64,000 bases of DNA. Origin: a virus. How positions within the stretch are numbered: the first letter of the stretch is position 1; each line of letters opens with the position of its first letter. Below the pieces are notes generated by a model. The model was given only the letters and a program-made list of their open reading frames with translations, had not been told where the DNA came from and did no database searches. This document shows positions 36,985 to 45,353 of this stretch, piece after piece. The position numbers and the translations under genes were made by a program. Location: the IMG/VR virus record IMGVR_UViG_3300017735_000002. The stretch is one strand, 5' to 3'.

Positions 36985-38265
36985 ATGGAACCATTTGTAC
37001 AAAAACAATTCGATGAATATCAGGCCAATAGGGTTGAGAAAGACATCGTATCAAAAGAAGAACTCAGAGAACTACTGATAAAAGATTTATCATTCGTATC
37101 TAAAATGGGTGTAGCAGAATACACCTTATATCAGAAGTACCAAGAGATACACATGAAGTATCCGACACAAACAGTTTCTACATTGTTTGGCGAAGAGACT
37201 AACTTTGTTAATGAAGACCATTTAAAACTTATCAATGAGACTAAGAACAACATATGGTTTCCTAATTCATACGAAGACTTTGAGAAACTAGAACCAGAAC
37301 TGATTTATACAGACTCGAACAAAGATAGACAGTCTGCTGGTACTCTTACAGAGAAATGGAATTGTCTTAGAACAATGACACACTCACAAAAGAACTCATC
37401 AAACATAGGTAGAAATCTACATTACATTGTTAGAGACAAAGTGACCGAGAAGTATCTTGGTGTTATCTGTATTACAGGTGACTTTATTGACTTAACACCT
37501 AGAGATGATTACATTGGGTGGGAAAGAATATACAAAACGAATAGTGGTAAACTAAACAACAGCGCCATAGGTTCAAGTATTCTACCAACACAACCACTAG
37601 GGTTCAATTACACTGGTGGTAAACTCATGGCATTGTTATGTACTGCCGATGTGATACAGAAACAATGGGAAGAAAACTACGGAGATAAACTAGTCGGTAT
37701 GACTACTACATCTCTCTATGGTAAATCTAAGACAGGTGGGTTATCACAATACGACAGACTCAAACATTGGAAGAAAATGGGATACAGTCAAGGTTCATTA
37801 TCATTTGAAATGACCAAAGAGACTGAAAGAAAGATGCTAGACTATGCAGAACACCATTTCAATGAGAGATACTTCTTATTGTATGTTGCAAAGAGAGAAA
37901 GTGGTCAGACTCTTAAGAGAGACCATAGAAATCGTATGAGACAATTCATGTACTCGCAACTTAAGATACCAAAAGAGTTGCAGAAGTCAGACCATCAAAG
38001 AGGTATCTACTATTCTTGTTTCTATGAAAACACTAGAGAATTTCTTAGAGGTGAGATAGAACAAGACCAATTGATAAGAAACAACAATGATGGTTCAGTC
38101 GAAACACTTACTCAGTTATGGAAAGATAAGTATGCGGCTAAACGAATAAATAACCTCATGAACGCAGAGAGACAAAACTTAACAGAAACATTATTCTATG
38201 ATGATATTGTATCTATGTCATGGGATGAATGTAAACACAAATACTTAGGGGCAGTAGGAAGATGA
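36985..38265 (+). CDS. DUF4338 (DruA-like) domain protein, paralog 2
   Basis: PTQPLGFNYTGGKLMALLC, TTTSLYG. Confidence 0.65.
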   Translation: MEPFVQKQFDEYQANRVEKDIVSKEELRELLIKDLSFVSKMGVAEYTLYQKYQEIHMKYPTQTVSTLFGEETNFVNEDHLKLINETKNNIWFPNSYEDFEKLEPELIYTDSNKDRQSAGTLTEKWNCLRTMTHSQKNSSNIGRNLHYIVRDKVTEKYLGVICITGDFIDLTPRDDYIGWERIYKTNSGKLNNSAIGSSILPTQPLGFNYTGGKLMALLCTADVIQKQWEENYGDKLVGMTTTSLYGKSKTGGLSQYDRLKHWKKMGYSQGSLSFEMTKETERKMLDYAEHHFNERYFLLYVAKRESGQTLKRDHRNRMRQFMYSQLKIPKELQKSDHQRGIYYSCFYENTREFLRGEIEQDQLIRNNNDGSVETLTQLWKDKYAAKRINNLMNAERQNLTETLFYDDIVSMSWDECKHKYLGAVGR

Positions 38266-38477
38266 ACATTATAGATATGATACCAGTGACAGCAAAGAAA
38301 CAAGTTAAGGTCGATAGAGATACCTACAGAGAGTTTACAGAGGCAGTTGATAGATTGGCATCACAAGGTGTTGAATTGCCACACTCAGTAGAATTTTTAA
38401 GAGAGACCGATGAATTTAAGATTGAACTCTTAGATGCAAATAACATTGACTTAGAACATTTAGACACGCTACTGTAG
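38262..38477 (+). CDS. hypothetical protein
   Basis: 71 aa, ATGA overlap; last 10 nt overlap tRNA-Thr. Confidence 0.7.
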   Translation: MNIIDMIPVTAKKQVKVDRDTYREFTEAVDRLASQGVELPHSVEFLRETDEFKIELLDANNIDLEHLDTLL

Positions 38478-38543
38478 CTCACTCGGTAGAGCAGCTGATT
38501 TGTAATCAGCAGGTAGTCAGTTCGATTCTGACCAGTAGCTCCA
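38468..38543 (+). tRNA. trnT: tRNA-Thr(UGU)
   Basis: Acceptor GCTACTG/CAGTAGC, anticodon loop TT-TGT-AA, GTTCGA, CCA. Confidence 0.93.
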
Positions 38544-38556
38544 ATTAGGATATATT

Positions 38557-39066
38557 ATGAAATATGAATTAGACTTAATGCGACCAGAATATGCAGAAGG
38601 TTGTCATAGAGTACAACATTCAGGCATACATCATCACCATTCAGAACTATGGCACCTAGAGGCATGGAAATGGATTGGGATAAACATGAGAGATGCTTGG
38701 GTAATCAAACACGAAAACAAAGTGATTGGTTATTTTGCAGGTATGGTGCAATTCGTAAATGAACCTGAAGACGAACATTACGGTGAAGGATTGGGTTACT
38801 TCGGTGCAGATATCTGTTTAGATATGGATCCTGAACGAAAGTATCCTGATGCCATGAATCAATTGTTTGCTCGTATATGTGACATTCATCCTTACATAAC
38901 TGGTTATTGTGGAGAAGACAATCAACCATTAATCGATTTCACCAACAAATGGGGTTTTGACAGGTGGAAAACTAATCCAGACAGTAATCTTCTTTACTGT
39001 CGCAACTTCACTGATAATCCCAAAGCACAAGCTCTAAGAGATAAACATAGAATTAATCACGCCTAG
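38557..39066 (+). CDS. hypothetical protein, possible GNAT fold
   Basis: WVIKHENKVIGYFAG strand pair, late FTNKWGF; His-rich patch HHHH. Confidence 0.6.
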   Translation: MKYELDLMRPEYAEGCHRVQHSGIHHHHSELWHLEAWKWIGINMRDAWVIKHENKVIGYFAGMVQFVNEPEDEHYGEGLGYFGADICLDMDPERKYPDAMNQLFARICDIHPYITGYCGEDNQPLIDFTNKWGFDRWKTNPDSNLLYCRNFTDNPKAQALRDKHRINHA

Positions 39067-39099
39067 GGGTTGACAGCAGGCCTTACTTTTTAGTATCCT
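39064..39099 (+). promoter_or_regulatory. repeated early promoter cassette, copy 4
   Basis: TAGGGG TTGACA gcaggccttactttttag TATCCT. Confidence 0.75.
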
Positions 39100-39105
39100 T
39101 ATTCC

Positions 39106-39324
39106 ATGATGAAGAAAGGAGATAATATGAGTAATCAAGTTAATGATAATATCAAAGAAGATATTATGGAAAACATCTTAGAGATGGCAGATAAAGATAT
39201 CTGGAATGTAATCTTTGCAATAGAGAAAGAATTCGGTATTGAAAATGTACCAAGTCCAGTGGGTGGTGAACATGGGTTTATCGCAAAACTGTTCGAACTT
39301 AGGTTCGAGGAGGCATGTCAATGA
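39106..39324 (+). CDS. early hypothetical protein
   Basis: 72 aa after promoter cassette; alternative start 39127 with GGAG. Confidence 0.7.
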   Translation: MMKKGDNMSNQVNDNIKEDIMENILEMADKDIWNVIFAIEKEFGIENVPSPVGGEHGFIAKLFELRFEEACQ

Positions 39325-39626
39325 GTTTGTTTAACGGTTACATAGAAGAGGGTTTAGATACCTGTAAATATGTCAAAGACGGTATGGAATATACTGCAAT
39401 CATCAAAAAGGTTAGTGATAATTCTTTACTAGTCAAACCAATTCAAAAGACTAACTGGAAAGATGTTTTCCAGAACAATCTACAAAATACATTTGAACAC
39501 ATGATACTACACATCAAAGAGTTTGATGAGATTAAACTCGAACTCTGGATGGATGGTAGGGGTTGCGATAACTCCGCTATCGGTGTTTCAGGTTGTTATG
39601 AACCTTACACATGTTTGTCATGGTAG
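39315..39626 (+). CDS. early hypothetical protein
   Basis: GGAGG RBS; stop TAG supplied by next promoter cassette. Confidence 0.7.
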   Translation: MSMSLFNGYIEEGLDTCKYVKDGMEYTAIIKKVSDNSLLVKPIQKTNWKDVFQNNLQNTFEHMILHIKEFDEIKLELWMDGRGCDNSAIGVSGCYEPYTCLSW

Positions 39627-39658
39627 GGTTGACAATGACCTTCACTTTTTAGTAGAAT
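39624..39658 (+). promoter_or_regulatory. repeated early promoter cassette, copy 5
   Basis: TAGGG TTGACA atgaccttcactttttag TAGAAT. Confidence 0.8.
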
Positions 39659-39685
39659 GGAACAGTAATAAAAAAGGAGACTGAT

Positions 39686-40048
39686 ATGAGAAACCAATAT
39701 GTAATAACCACCCAAAATGTCGAAGAGTACGGCACTAACTTCCATAAGTTTAAGGGAGGTTCTGATTATGTTATTGGGTTCGATGTCGAAACCCTTGTGT
39801 ACGAGGAGAACGCATATGGTGAGGGCGAACACTCTTACTACCATTCACCTAGTTTGACTGAGGCAAGTGCAGCTGCACTGGTCATGAAACATGTCAACAG
39901 ATACAATGGACTAAATGGTTCATTTGACTACATCACTTCGATTGAAGTGCAAGAAGGAGATTTTCGTTCTGATGAAATCGACAATCCTACATGGGTGGGT
40001 GATATCTCAGAGTTAATAGGGGAGTTAGAATTACATGAAGTATCTTAA
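39686..40048 (+). CDS. early hypothetical protein
   Basis: AGGAG RBS; TQNVEEYG..HKFKGGSDY. Confidence 0.75.
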   Translation: MRNQYVITTQNVEEYGTNFHKFKGGSDYVIGFDVETLVYEENAYGEGEHSYYHSPSLTEASAAALVMKHVNRYNGLNGSFDYITSIEVQEGDFRSDEIDNPTWVGDISELIGELELHEVS

Positions 40049-40229
40049 AGAGATTACCGATTGGTCAGACGCCAAATGTCCTGTACCAAATCACACCTAC
40101 ATTGTTAATGATGCACTGCATCTCGTAGGTTATATCAAGACTGGAACTAAAGAAGAGATAATCTTTAAGTCTCCAATGAAACAGTTTAGTAAATCTAGGA
40201 GGAAGTTTGTTGACCTTAAAAGGGGTTGA
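40035..40229 (+). CDS. early hypothetical protein
   Basis: LKEITDW..PNHTYIV..FSKSRRKF. Confidence 0.75.
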   Translation: MKYLKEITDWSDAKCPVPNHTYIVNDALHLVGYIKTGTKEEIIFKSPMKQFSKSRRKFVDLKRG

Positions 40230-40255
40230 CGGTGACCTTCATTTAATGCAATAAT
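40222..40255 (+). promoter_or_regulatory. repeated early promoter cassette, copy 6
   Basis: GGGG TTGACG gtgaccttcatttaatgc AATAAT. Confidence 0.65.
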
Positions 40256-40261
40256 GGACAC

Positions 40262-40708
40262 ATGATAAAGAAACAAACAATAATTTTCGATGTTGACGGC
40301 ACTATCGCTGATGTCGAACATAGAAGGCATTTTGTCAATGGTAATAACGATTGGCAGTCTTTTAGAGCAGAAACAGTAAACGATACTCCAGTTCAGTGGG
40401 TATGTGACATTGCAAAAAGATTTATTGCACAAGGTGACCAAGTTGCCTTCTTCAGTGCAAGAAATGAGTCAGAGAGGGAGATTACAGAGAAACAAATTGC
40501 AGAATGGATTGGCGACAATCACCAAGGTTTGTTCTTAAGACCAGATGGCGATTTCAGAAAAGATGATGAATTCAAATCTGAACTTGCAGATAAGTTTGAA
40601 GAATTAGGTGGCAAGATTGATTTAGTCTTTGACGACAGAAATCAAGTTGTCGAAATGTGGAGAAAAAGAGGCACTACAGTTGTCCAAGTTGCAGAAGGAG
40701 ATTTTTAA
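40262..40708 (+). CDS. HAD phosphatase (PseT 3'-phosphatase-like)
   Basis: IFDVDGTIAD, FFSAR, LFLRPDGDFRKD, VFDDRNQVV. Confidence 0.88.
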   Translation: MIKKQTIIFDVDGTIADVEHRRHFVNGNNDWQSFRAETVNDTPVQWVCDIAKRFIAQGDQVAFFSARNESEREITEKQIAEWIGDNHQGLFLRPDGDFRKDDEFKSELADKFEELGGKIDLVFDDRNQVVEMWRKRGTTVVQVAEGDF

Positions 40709-40709
40709 T

Positions 40710-42017
40710 ATGACAATGAAAATAATGAATCCAAAAGATTTAATAGAACATCCATATAACAAAGAGTTATATCCAAATGGATGGTCTACCGAAGACGATG
40801 AGATGCAAGAACTTCGTAAGTCTATGAAAGCAAGACTTGATGCTGGCGAAGAGTTTCTCAACACAAGACCAATCAAAGCAGATGAAAAAAATGTTGTCTA
40901 TGGTGGCAATCGAAGAACATATATCGCTAAAGAATTAGGTGGTAATGTTCAAGTTGAAACAACACCTTACACATTTAACCCTAATAACGAAAAAGATGAT
41001 GAACTAGAATTGCTAGAGTCAGATAATGATGATAAGTCAACAGAAAGAAATGAAAAGAAATTGCAAATTGCGATACCTAAACTATCTAAAAGATTATCTG
41101 TTAAAAATGAAAGAAGTTTCAGAGAAACTGGTAAAGGTTGGTCAGTTAAAAATACATCCGAATTCAAAATTGCTTTTGGTATCAAGTGGGGCATTTCAGA
41201 AAAAACTTTAAAAGATGCATACAGAATATATGCAGAGTTTGATAGATTCGATTTACTTCAAGCAGTTGATGACCCAAACGATAAAACAACAATACATCAA
41301 GCATTAAAAATTGCTAGAGAGGGCACAAAAAAAGCAAGAAAAGTTGACCCAAATAAATTTAATGTGGTAGCATTTTTAAAAGGCGATGAACGAGCAGAAA
41401 CTATTATTGAGAGAGCTAAAAGATACACAAAACAATACTCCGATAAAAGATTGACTACATCTATAACCACAGATGATGGCATTACATATGAAGTGCCAAC
41501 TAATCCACAGTTTGGTTCTGAGAAACAATTTTTACTTACAGACATTAGTAATGCAACTCAATTTGGGTTTGCAAAATCATTTGACGAAACAGGTGACAAT
41601 GCACTTACAACTCAAACAGGTATAAATTATGAAGATATAGTTTTTGTGAACAAGTGTAAAGCACAATATGAAGATGAAAGTTTAGAGATAAAGGCATTTA
41701 CTTGGAAAGGAACTGCATCTAAAACTATGGCGACTGCTGGTAAAACTGCTTCTACTAAGTTATTTAATTCAAAACCTTTCTTACTTACAATGATGACCTC
41801 AGATTCTAGGGGTAATCCTACTGCTAACTCTAGGTACTTTCAAATGATTACATGGGTCACTAAAGATGATTTTAAATCTTCTGGCGACAACGCAACAATG
41901 ACAATGCAAAAATGGTATGAGAATCACTTTGATAGACCAGAAGATTATATTGTCATTACAGGAGAAGTTTACGACAGCAACGGTAAACCAGAATTTAATT
42001 TTGCTCCGTTGATGTAA
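40710..42017 (+). CDS. ParB/Srx-like N-terminal domain protein with possible PD-(D/E)xK C-domain
   Basis: HPYNKELY, RPIKADEKNVVYGGNRR; helical middle; EDIVF..SLEIK; start moved to 40710. Confidence 0.6.
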   Translation: MTMKIMNPKDLIEHPYNKELYPNGWSTEDDEMQELRKSMKARLDAGEEFLNTRPIKADEKNVVYGGNRRTYIAKELGGNVQVETTPYTFNPNNEKDDELELLESDNDDKSTERNEKKLQIAIPKLSKRLSVKNERSFRETGKGWSVKNTSEFKIAFGIKWGISEKTLKDAYRIYAEFDRFDLLQAVDDPNDKTTIHQALKIAREGTKKARKVDPNKFNVVAFLKGDERAETIIERAKRYTKQYSDKRLTTSITTDDGITYEVPTNPQFGSEKQFLLTDISNATQFGFAKSFDETGDNALTTQTGINYEDIVFVNKCKAQYEDESLEIKAFTWKGTASKTMATAGKTASTKLFNSKPFLLTMMTSDSRGNPTANSRYFQMITWVTKDDFKSSGDNATMTMQKWYENHFDRPEDYIVITGEVYDSNGKPEFNFAPLM

Positions 42018-42027
42018 AAAGAATGTT

Positions 42028-42104
42028 CGGCCTGTAGCTCAGTTGGATAGAGCATCGGTCTTCTAAACCGAGGGTCAGAGGTTCGAATCCTCTCAGGTCG
42101 GCCA
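42028..42104 (+). tRNA. trnR: tRNA-Arg(UCU)
   Basis: Acceptor CGGCCTG/CAGGTCG, anticodon loop CT-TCT-AA, GGTTCGAATCC, CCA. Confidence 0.95.
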
Positions 42105-42114
42105 AAAATTGTGA

Positions 42115-42122
42115 TATAAATA
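42115..42122 (+). promoter_or_regulatory. late promoter TATAAATA
   Basis: Exact T4 consensus; further copies ACTAAATA 42302, CATAAATA 42804. Confidence 0.7.
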
Positions 42123-42129
42123 ATAGATT

Positions 42130-42306
42130 ATGACGAAGAACTTAAAACCTAAAGAAGTATTGTCAGTACTTCAAAAGAAGGTGCAACTAAAGAGAGACAT
42201 TAAAGAACTCAAGTCTGTTGGTGAAACCAAAAAGGCAGAGATATTAATGAAAAAAGTTTCTCAATTAGAAGAAAAATTGCACTCTAGACCGCTATCAAAA
42301 AACTAA
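42130..42306 (+). CDS. small basic helical protein (58 aa)
   Basis: MTKNLKPKEVLSVLQKKVQLKRDIK...SKN*; after late promoter. Confidence 0.6.
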   Translation: MTKNLKPKEVLSVLQKKVQLKRDIKELKSVGETKKAEILMKKVSQLEEKLHSRPLSKN

Positions 42307-42339
42307 ATAGTAGTATAGAAATTTAACACGGAGATATAA

Positions 42340-42792
42340 ATGGCAACAATTAGATATGATGCGTACTTAGCAGATATGCAATCAAAATTAATCGAATGGC
42401 AAAACAGGTACGATTTGATGGGTGGAGATGCAGGAACTTCCAGAACATTTTATTTCTATTCTAAAGATGCAGATGAAACAGATGATTCTATAATTGTGAG
42501 TTTATCAGAATCTTCAGACTTAACCGTAGACGATGTTGCACATTCACATAAGATATTTGAATGGACAGGCACTGGAGACATTATAGAAGCTCTTAATGCA
42601 TGGAGAACTGCAAATCCAGACGCCACATCAGGCGGAATGTATTCATATTGGAATCAAGATAAAAAGAGTGAATCAGAAATCGATGATGAAAAGATTGTCG
42701 CCTATAATGCAGTACAATCAATTACCGCTAATATATCTTTTGCTACAACGCTGTTAGAAGGCGATGCAGACGCCACTTTCGAAACACCATAG
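42340..42792 (+). CDS. acidic hypothetical protein
   Basis: GGAG RBS, late promoter upstream. Confidence 0.75.
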   Translation: MATIRYDAYLADMQSKLIEWQNRYDLMGGDAGTSRTFYFYSKDADETDDSIIVSLSESSDLTVDDVAHSHKIFEWTGTGDIIEALNAWRTANPDATSGGMYSYWNQDKKSESEIDDEKIVAYNAVQSITANISFATTLLEGDADATFETP

Positions 42793-42842
42793 CTTTCAAA
42801 ATACATAAATAGTAGTTATACACAACAATGTGATAACTACTT

Positions 42843-44048
42843 ATGGCCGTTAAAAATCTACATTTAGAACATTTAGAAGATGAAATCATCAATAACGGTA
42901 TTGATGGTGGTCGTGCTTCTATAACCTTTCTACTCGCACTCAGAGACATGATGAAAGGAAATGCCAAGAAAAAATTCAACATGACTGTCAAATGGGATGG
43001 TGCACCTGCAATCTTTTGTGGAAAACATCCAGAAGACGGCAGATTCTTTGTCGCAAAGAAATCATTATTCAATAAAGAACCTAAGTTCTATTGTTCAGTA
43101 TCAGAAATTAAGAACGCATCTGAACTATCTGGAGACTTAGAGAAGAAGTTCATAGACTCATTCGAGTATCTATCTAAACTATCCTGGAATAAAGTAATGC
43201 AAGGTGACTTGATGTTTACTCAGGCAGATAAGAAGATGAAGAAAATAAATGATGTAGAACACATTACATTTCAACCTAACACAATCATGTATGCTGTACC
43301 AGTTCAATCAGAATTAGGTAAACAGATTGCAAATGCCAAGTATGGTATAGTATTTCATACGACATACGAGGGTTCAAGTATAGATGATTTGGGCGCCTCA
43401 TTCGGTGCAGATATATCTTCTTTAGGTCATAACAATGATGTATGGATTGATGATGCAACCTTTAAGAATGTTGCAGGTAATTCTACACTCACAGGAAAAG
43501 AAACACTTAAGTTATCTACTCTACTTACTAAAACAGGTAAGTCATTTCATAAAATCAAAAGACCTTCACTGATTAAGTTTATGAAGATACAAGACACCAT
43601 TGCATCTAAAGGTGCAGGTGCAACATACAAAACATACATGAACGCCCAAATAAGAAAGGGTAAGTTCAATCTAAACTATAATGATTATCTTAAACACTTT
43701 GAGAACTATTGGAAAACAAAAGTGGTTGGTGCAGTAAAGATGCAGAAGACAAAAGATATCAAAGAACAAATAGGTAAAGACCTTGTCAGAGATATCAGAA
43801 GTCTTAAACCATTCATAACTGCATTGACAGAGTTTCAAGTAGGCATGGTTGAGGCGAAACAGATTATCATAGATGGTTTAAACAAAGCAAAATCAATCGG
43901 CACATTCGTAAGAACACCCACAGGTTTAAAAGTAGTAAATCCTGAGGGATATGTTGCAATCGATGATGACGGTAAGGCAGTGAAGTTAGTAGACCGTATG
44001 GAGTTCTCACTAAATAACTTTACAGCTGCAAAGGCATGGGACAAATAA
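42843..44048 (+). CDS. conserved T4-like protein (DUF6267-like)
   Basis: NLHLEHLED, TVKWDGAPAIFCG, QGDLMF, EGYVA, VKLVDRMEFS pattern suggests ligase-type nucleotidyltransferase fold. Confidence 0.7.
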   Translation: MAVKNLHLEHLEDEIINNGIDGGRASITFLLALRDMMKGNAKKKFNMTVKWDGAPAIFCGKHPEDGRFFVAKKSLFNKEPKFYCSVSEIKNASELSGDLEKKFIDSFEYLSKLSWNKVMQGDLMFTQADKKMKKINDVEHITFQPNTIMYAVPVQSELGKQIANAKYGIVFHTTYEGSSIDDLGASFGADISSLGHNNDVWIDDATFKNVAGNSTLTGKETLKLSTLLTKTGKSFHKIKRPSLIKFMKIQDTIASKGAGATYKTYMNAQIRKGKFNLNYNDYLKHFENYWKTKVVGAVKMQKTKDIKEQIGKDLVRDIRSLKPFITALTEFQVGMVEAKQIIIDGLNKAKSIGTFVRTPTGLKVVNPEGYVAIDDDGKAVKLVDRMEFSLNNFTAAKAWDK

Positions 44049-45349
44049 TGAAAACATTACAATCATTCATATCAGAGGCGAAACAAAGACCCGCTGTTTT
44101 TTCATTCGGAAGGTTCAACCCACCCACAATTGGGCATGGTAAACTTGTCGATAAACTAAACAAGGTATCAAAGTCAGTAAAAGGCGACCCAATGATATTT
44201 ACTTCTCACTCAAATGATAAGAGAAAAAATCCACTGAATCACAAAACAAAGATTCAGTATCTAAGAAAGTTCTTTTCTAAGAAGGTTGGTGTACCAGATG
44301 CAAACGCCAGAACAGTATTCGATGTCGCAAACGCATTACACAAACAAGGTTATACTAGTATCACTATGGTTGTTGGTTCAGATAGAATCAGAGAATTCGA
44401 AACACTACTTAAGAAATACAATGGTGTAAAGGCAAGACACGGTTTCTATAAGTTCGATGATATAAACATAGTTAGTGCTGGTGAAAGGGATCCAGATGCT
44501 GATGATGTGTCAGGTATGAGTGCATCTAAGATGAGGGCAGCCGCAGAACAAGATGACTTTGATTCATTCAAAGGTGGCGTGCCAGATAAAAAACTCGCAG
44601 ACAAACTATACAAAGATGTGCGTAGAGGTATGGGAATCGCAGAGGAGTCGTTCTCCACTCTACCAGACTACATGATTGAGGACTTACTTAGAGAAGGTGT
44701 ATATGACCCAGGTATCTTTAAGGCAGTATTCTTCATGGGTGGTCCAGGTTCTGGTAAGTCAACAGTAGTAGATGGTTTGGGTTTGAAGGCATTAGGGTTG
44801 AAACTAGTCAATACAGATAAGTCATTTGAGAATGGTCTAAAGAAGGCAGGTCAAACCTTAGACTTAAATGCAGTACCTGCCGATATCAGAGACCCAATTA
44901 GAAAGAAGGCGAAGAGACAAACTACTCGATTGATGGACAGATACATTGACAATAGACTTGGTCTTATCTTCGATACTACAAGTGCAAACGACACTAAGAT
45001 TAAAGCGTATAAGAACATGTTAGATAAACTTGGTTACGAATCTAAAATGGTGTATGTCAGTACATCACTTCCAAACGCATTGGCAAGAAACAGTTCAAGA
45101 CCAAGACAATTACCAGATGCGATTGTTAAGAAAGATTGGAACAATTCACAAAAGAATATTGCATCTATGCAGAAACTATTCAAAAGAGACTTCATGCAAG
45201 TATCAAATGATGATGATTTAGATTCTTTAAAAAGAAAAACTAACTCAGTCTTTGGTAAATTGATGGCATGGTCTACATCATTTCCTGGAAACACCAGAGC
45301 AACACTCTGGAAACAAAGACAACTATTAACAAAGAAATTACATAAATAG
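44048..45349 (+). CDS. cytidyltransferase/NMNAT-like domain fused to P-loop (zeta-toxin/AAA_33-like) kinase
   Basis: FGRFNPPTIGH, VVGSDR, SASKMR; then GGPGSGKST, IFDTT; N-terminus MKTLQSFISE. Confidence 0.85.
   Translation: MKTLQSFISEAKQRPAVFSFGRFNPPTIGHGKLVDKLNKVSKSVKGDPMIFTSHSNDKRKNPLNHKTKIQYLRKFFSKKVGVPDANARTVFDVANALHKQGYTSITMVVGSDRIREFETLLKKYNGVKARHGFYKFDDINIVSAGERDPDADDVSGMSASKMRAAAEQDDFDSFKGGVPDKKLADKLYKDVRRGMGIAEESFSTLPDYMIEDLLREGVYDPGIFKAVFFMGGPGSGKSTVVDGLGLKALGLKLVNTDKSFENGLKKAGQTLDLNAVPADIRDPIRKKAKRQTTRLMDRYIDNRLGLIFDTTSANDTKIKAYKNMLDKLGYESKMVYVSTSLPNALARNSSRPRQLPDAIVKKDWNNSQKNIASMQKLFKRDFMQVSNDDDLDSLKRKTNSVFGKLMAWSTSFPGNTRATLWKQRQLLTKKLHK
45341..45348 (+). promoter_or_regulatory. 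late promoter CATAAATA
   Basis: 5 nt before ATG 45354. Confidence 0.6.
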
Positions 45350-45353
45350 AAGT

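Noticed and set aside
27017-38265. Druantia defence system
   Set aside because: No DruE-like helicase or other Dru genes; the two DUF4338-like genes are 9 kb apart in phage core context
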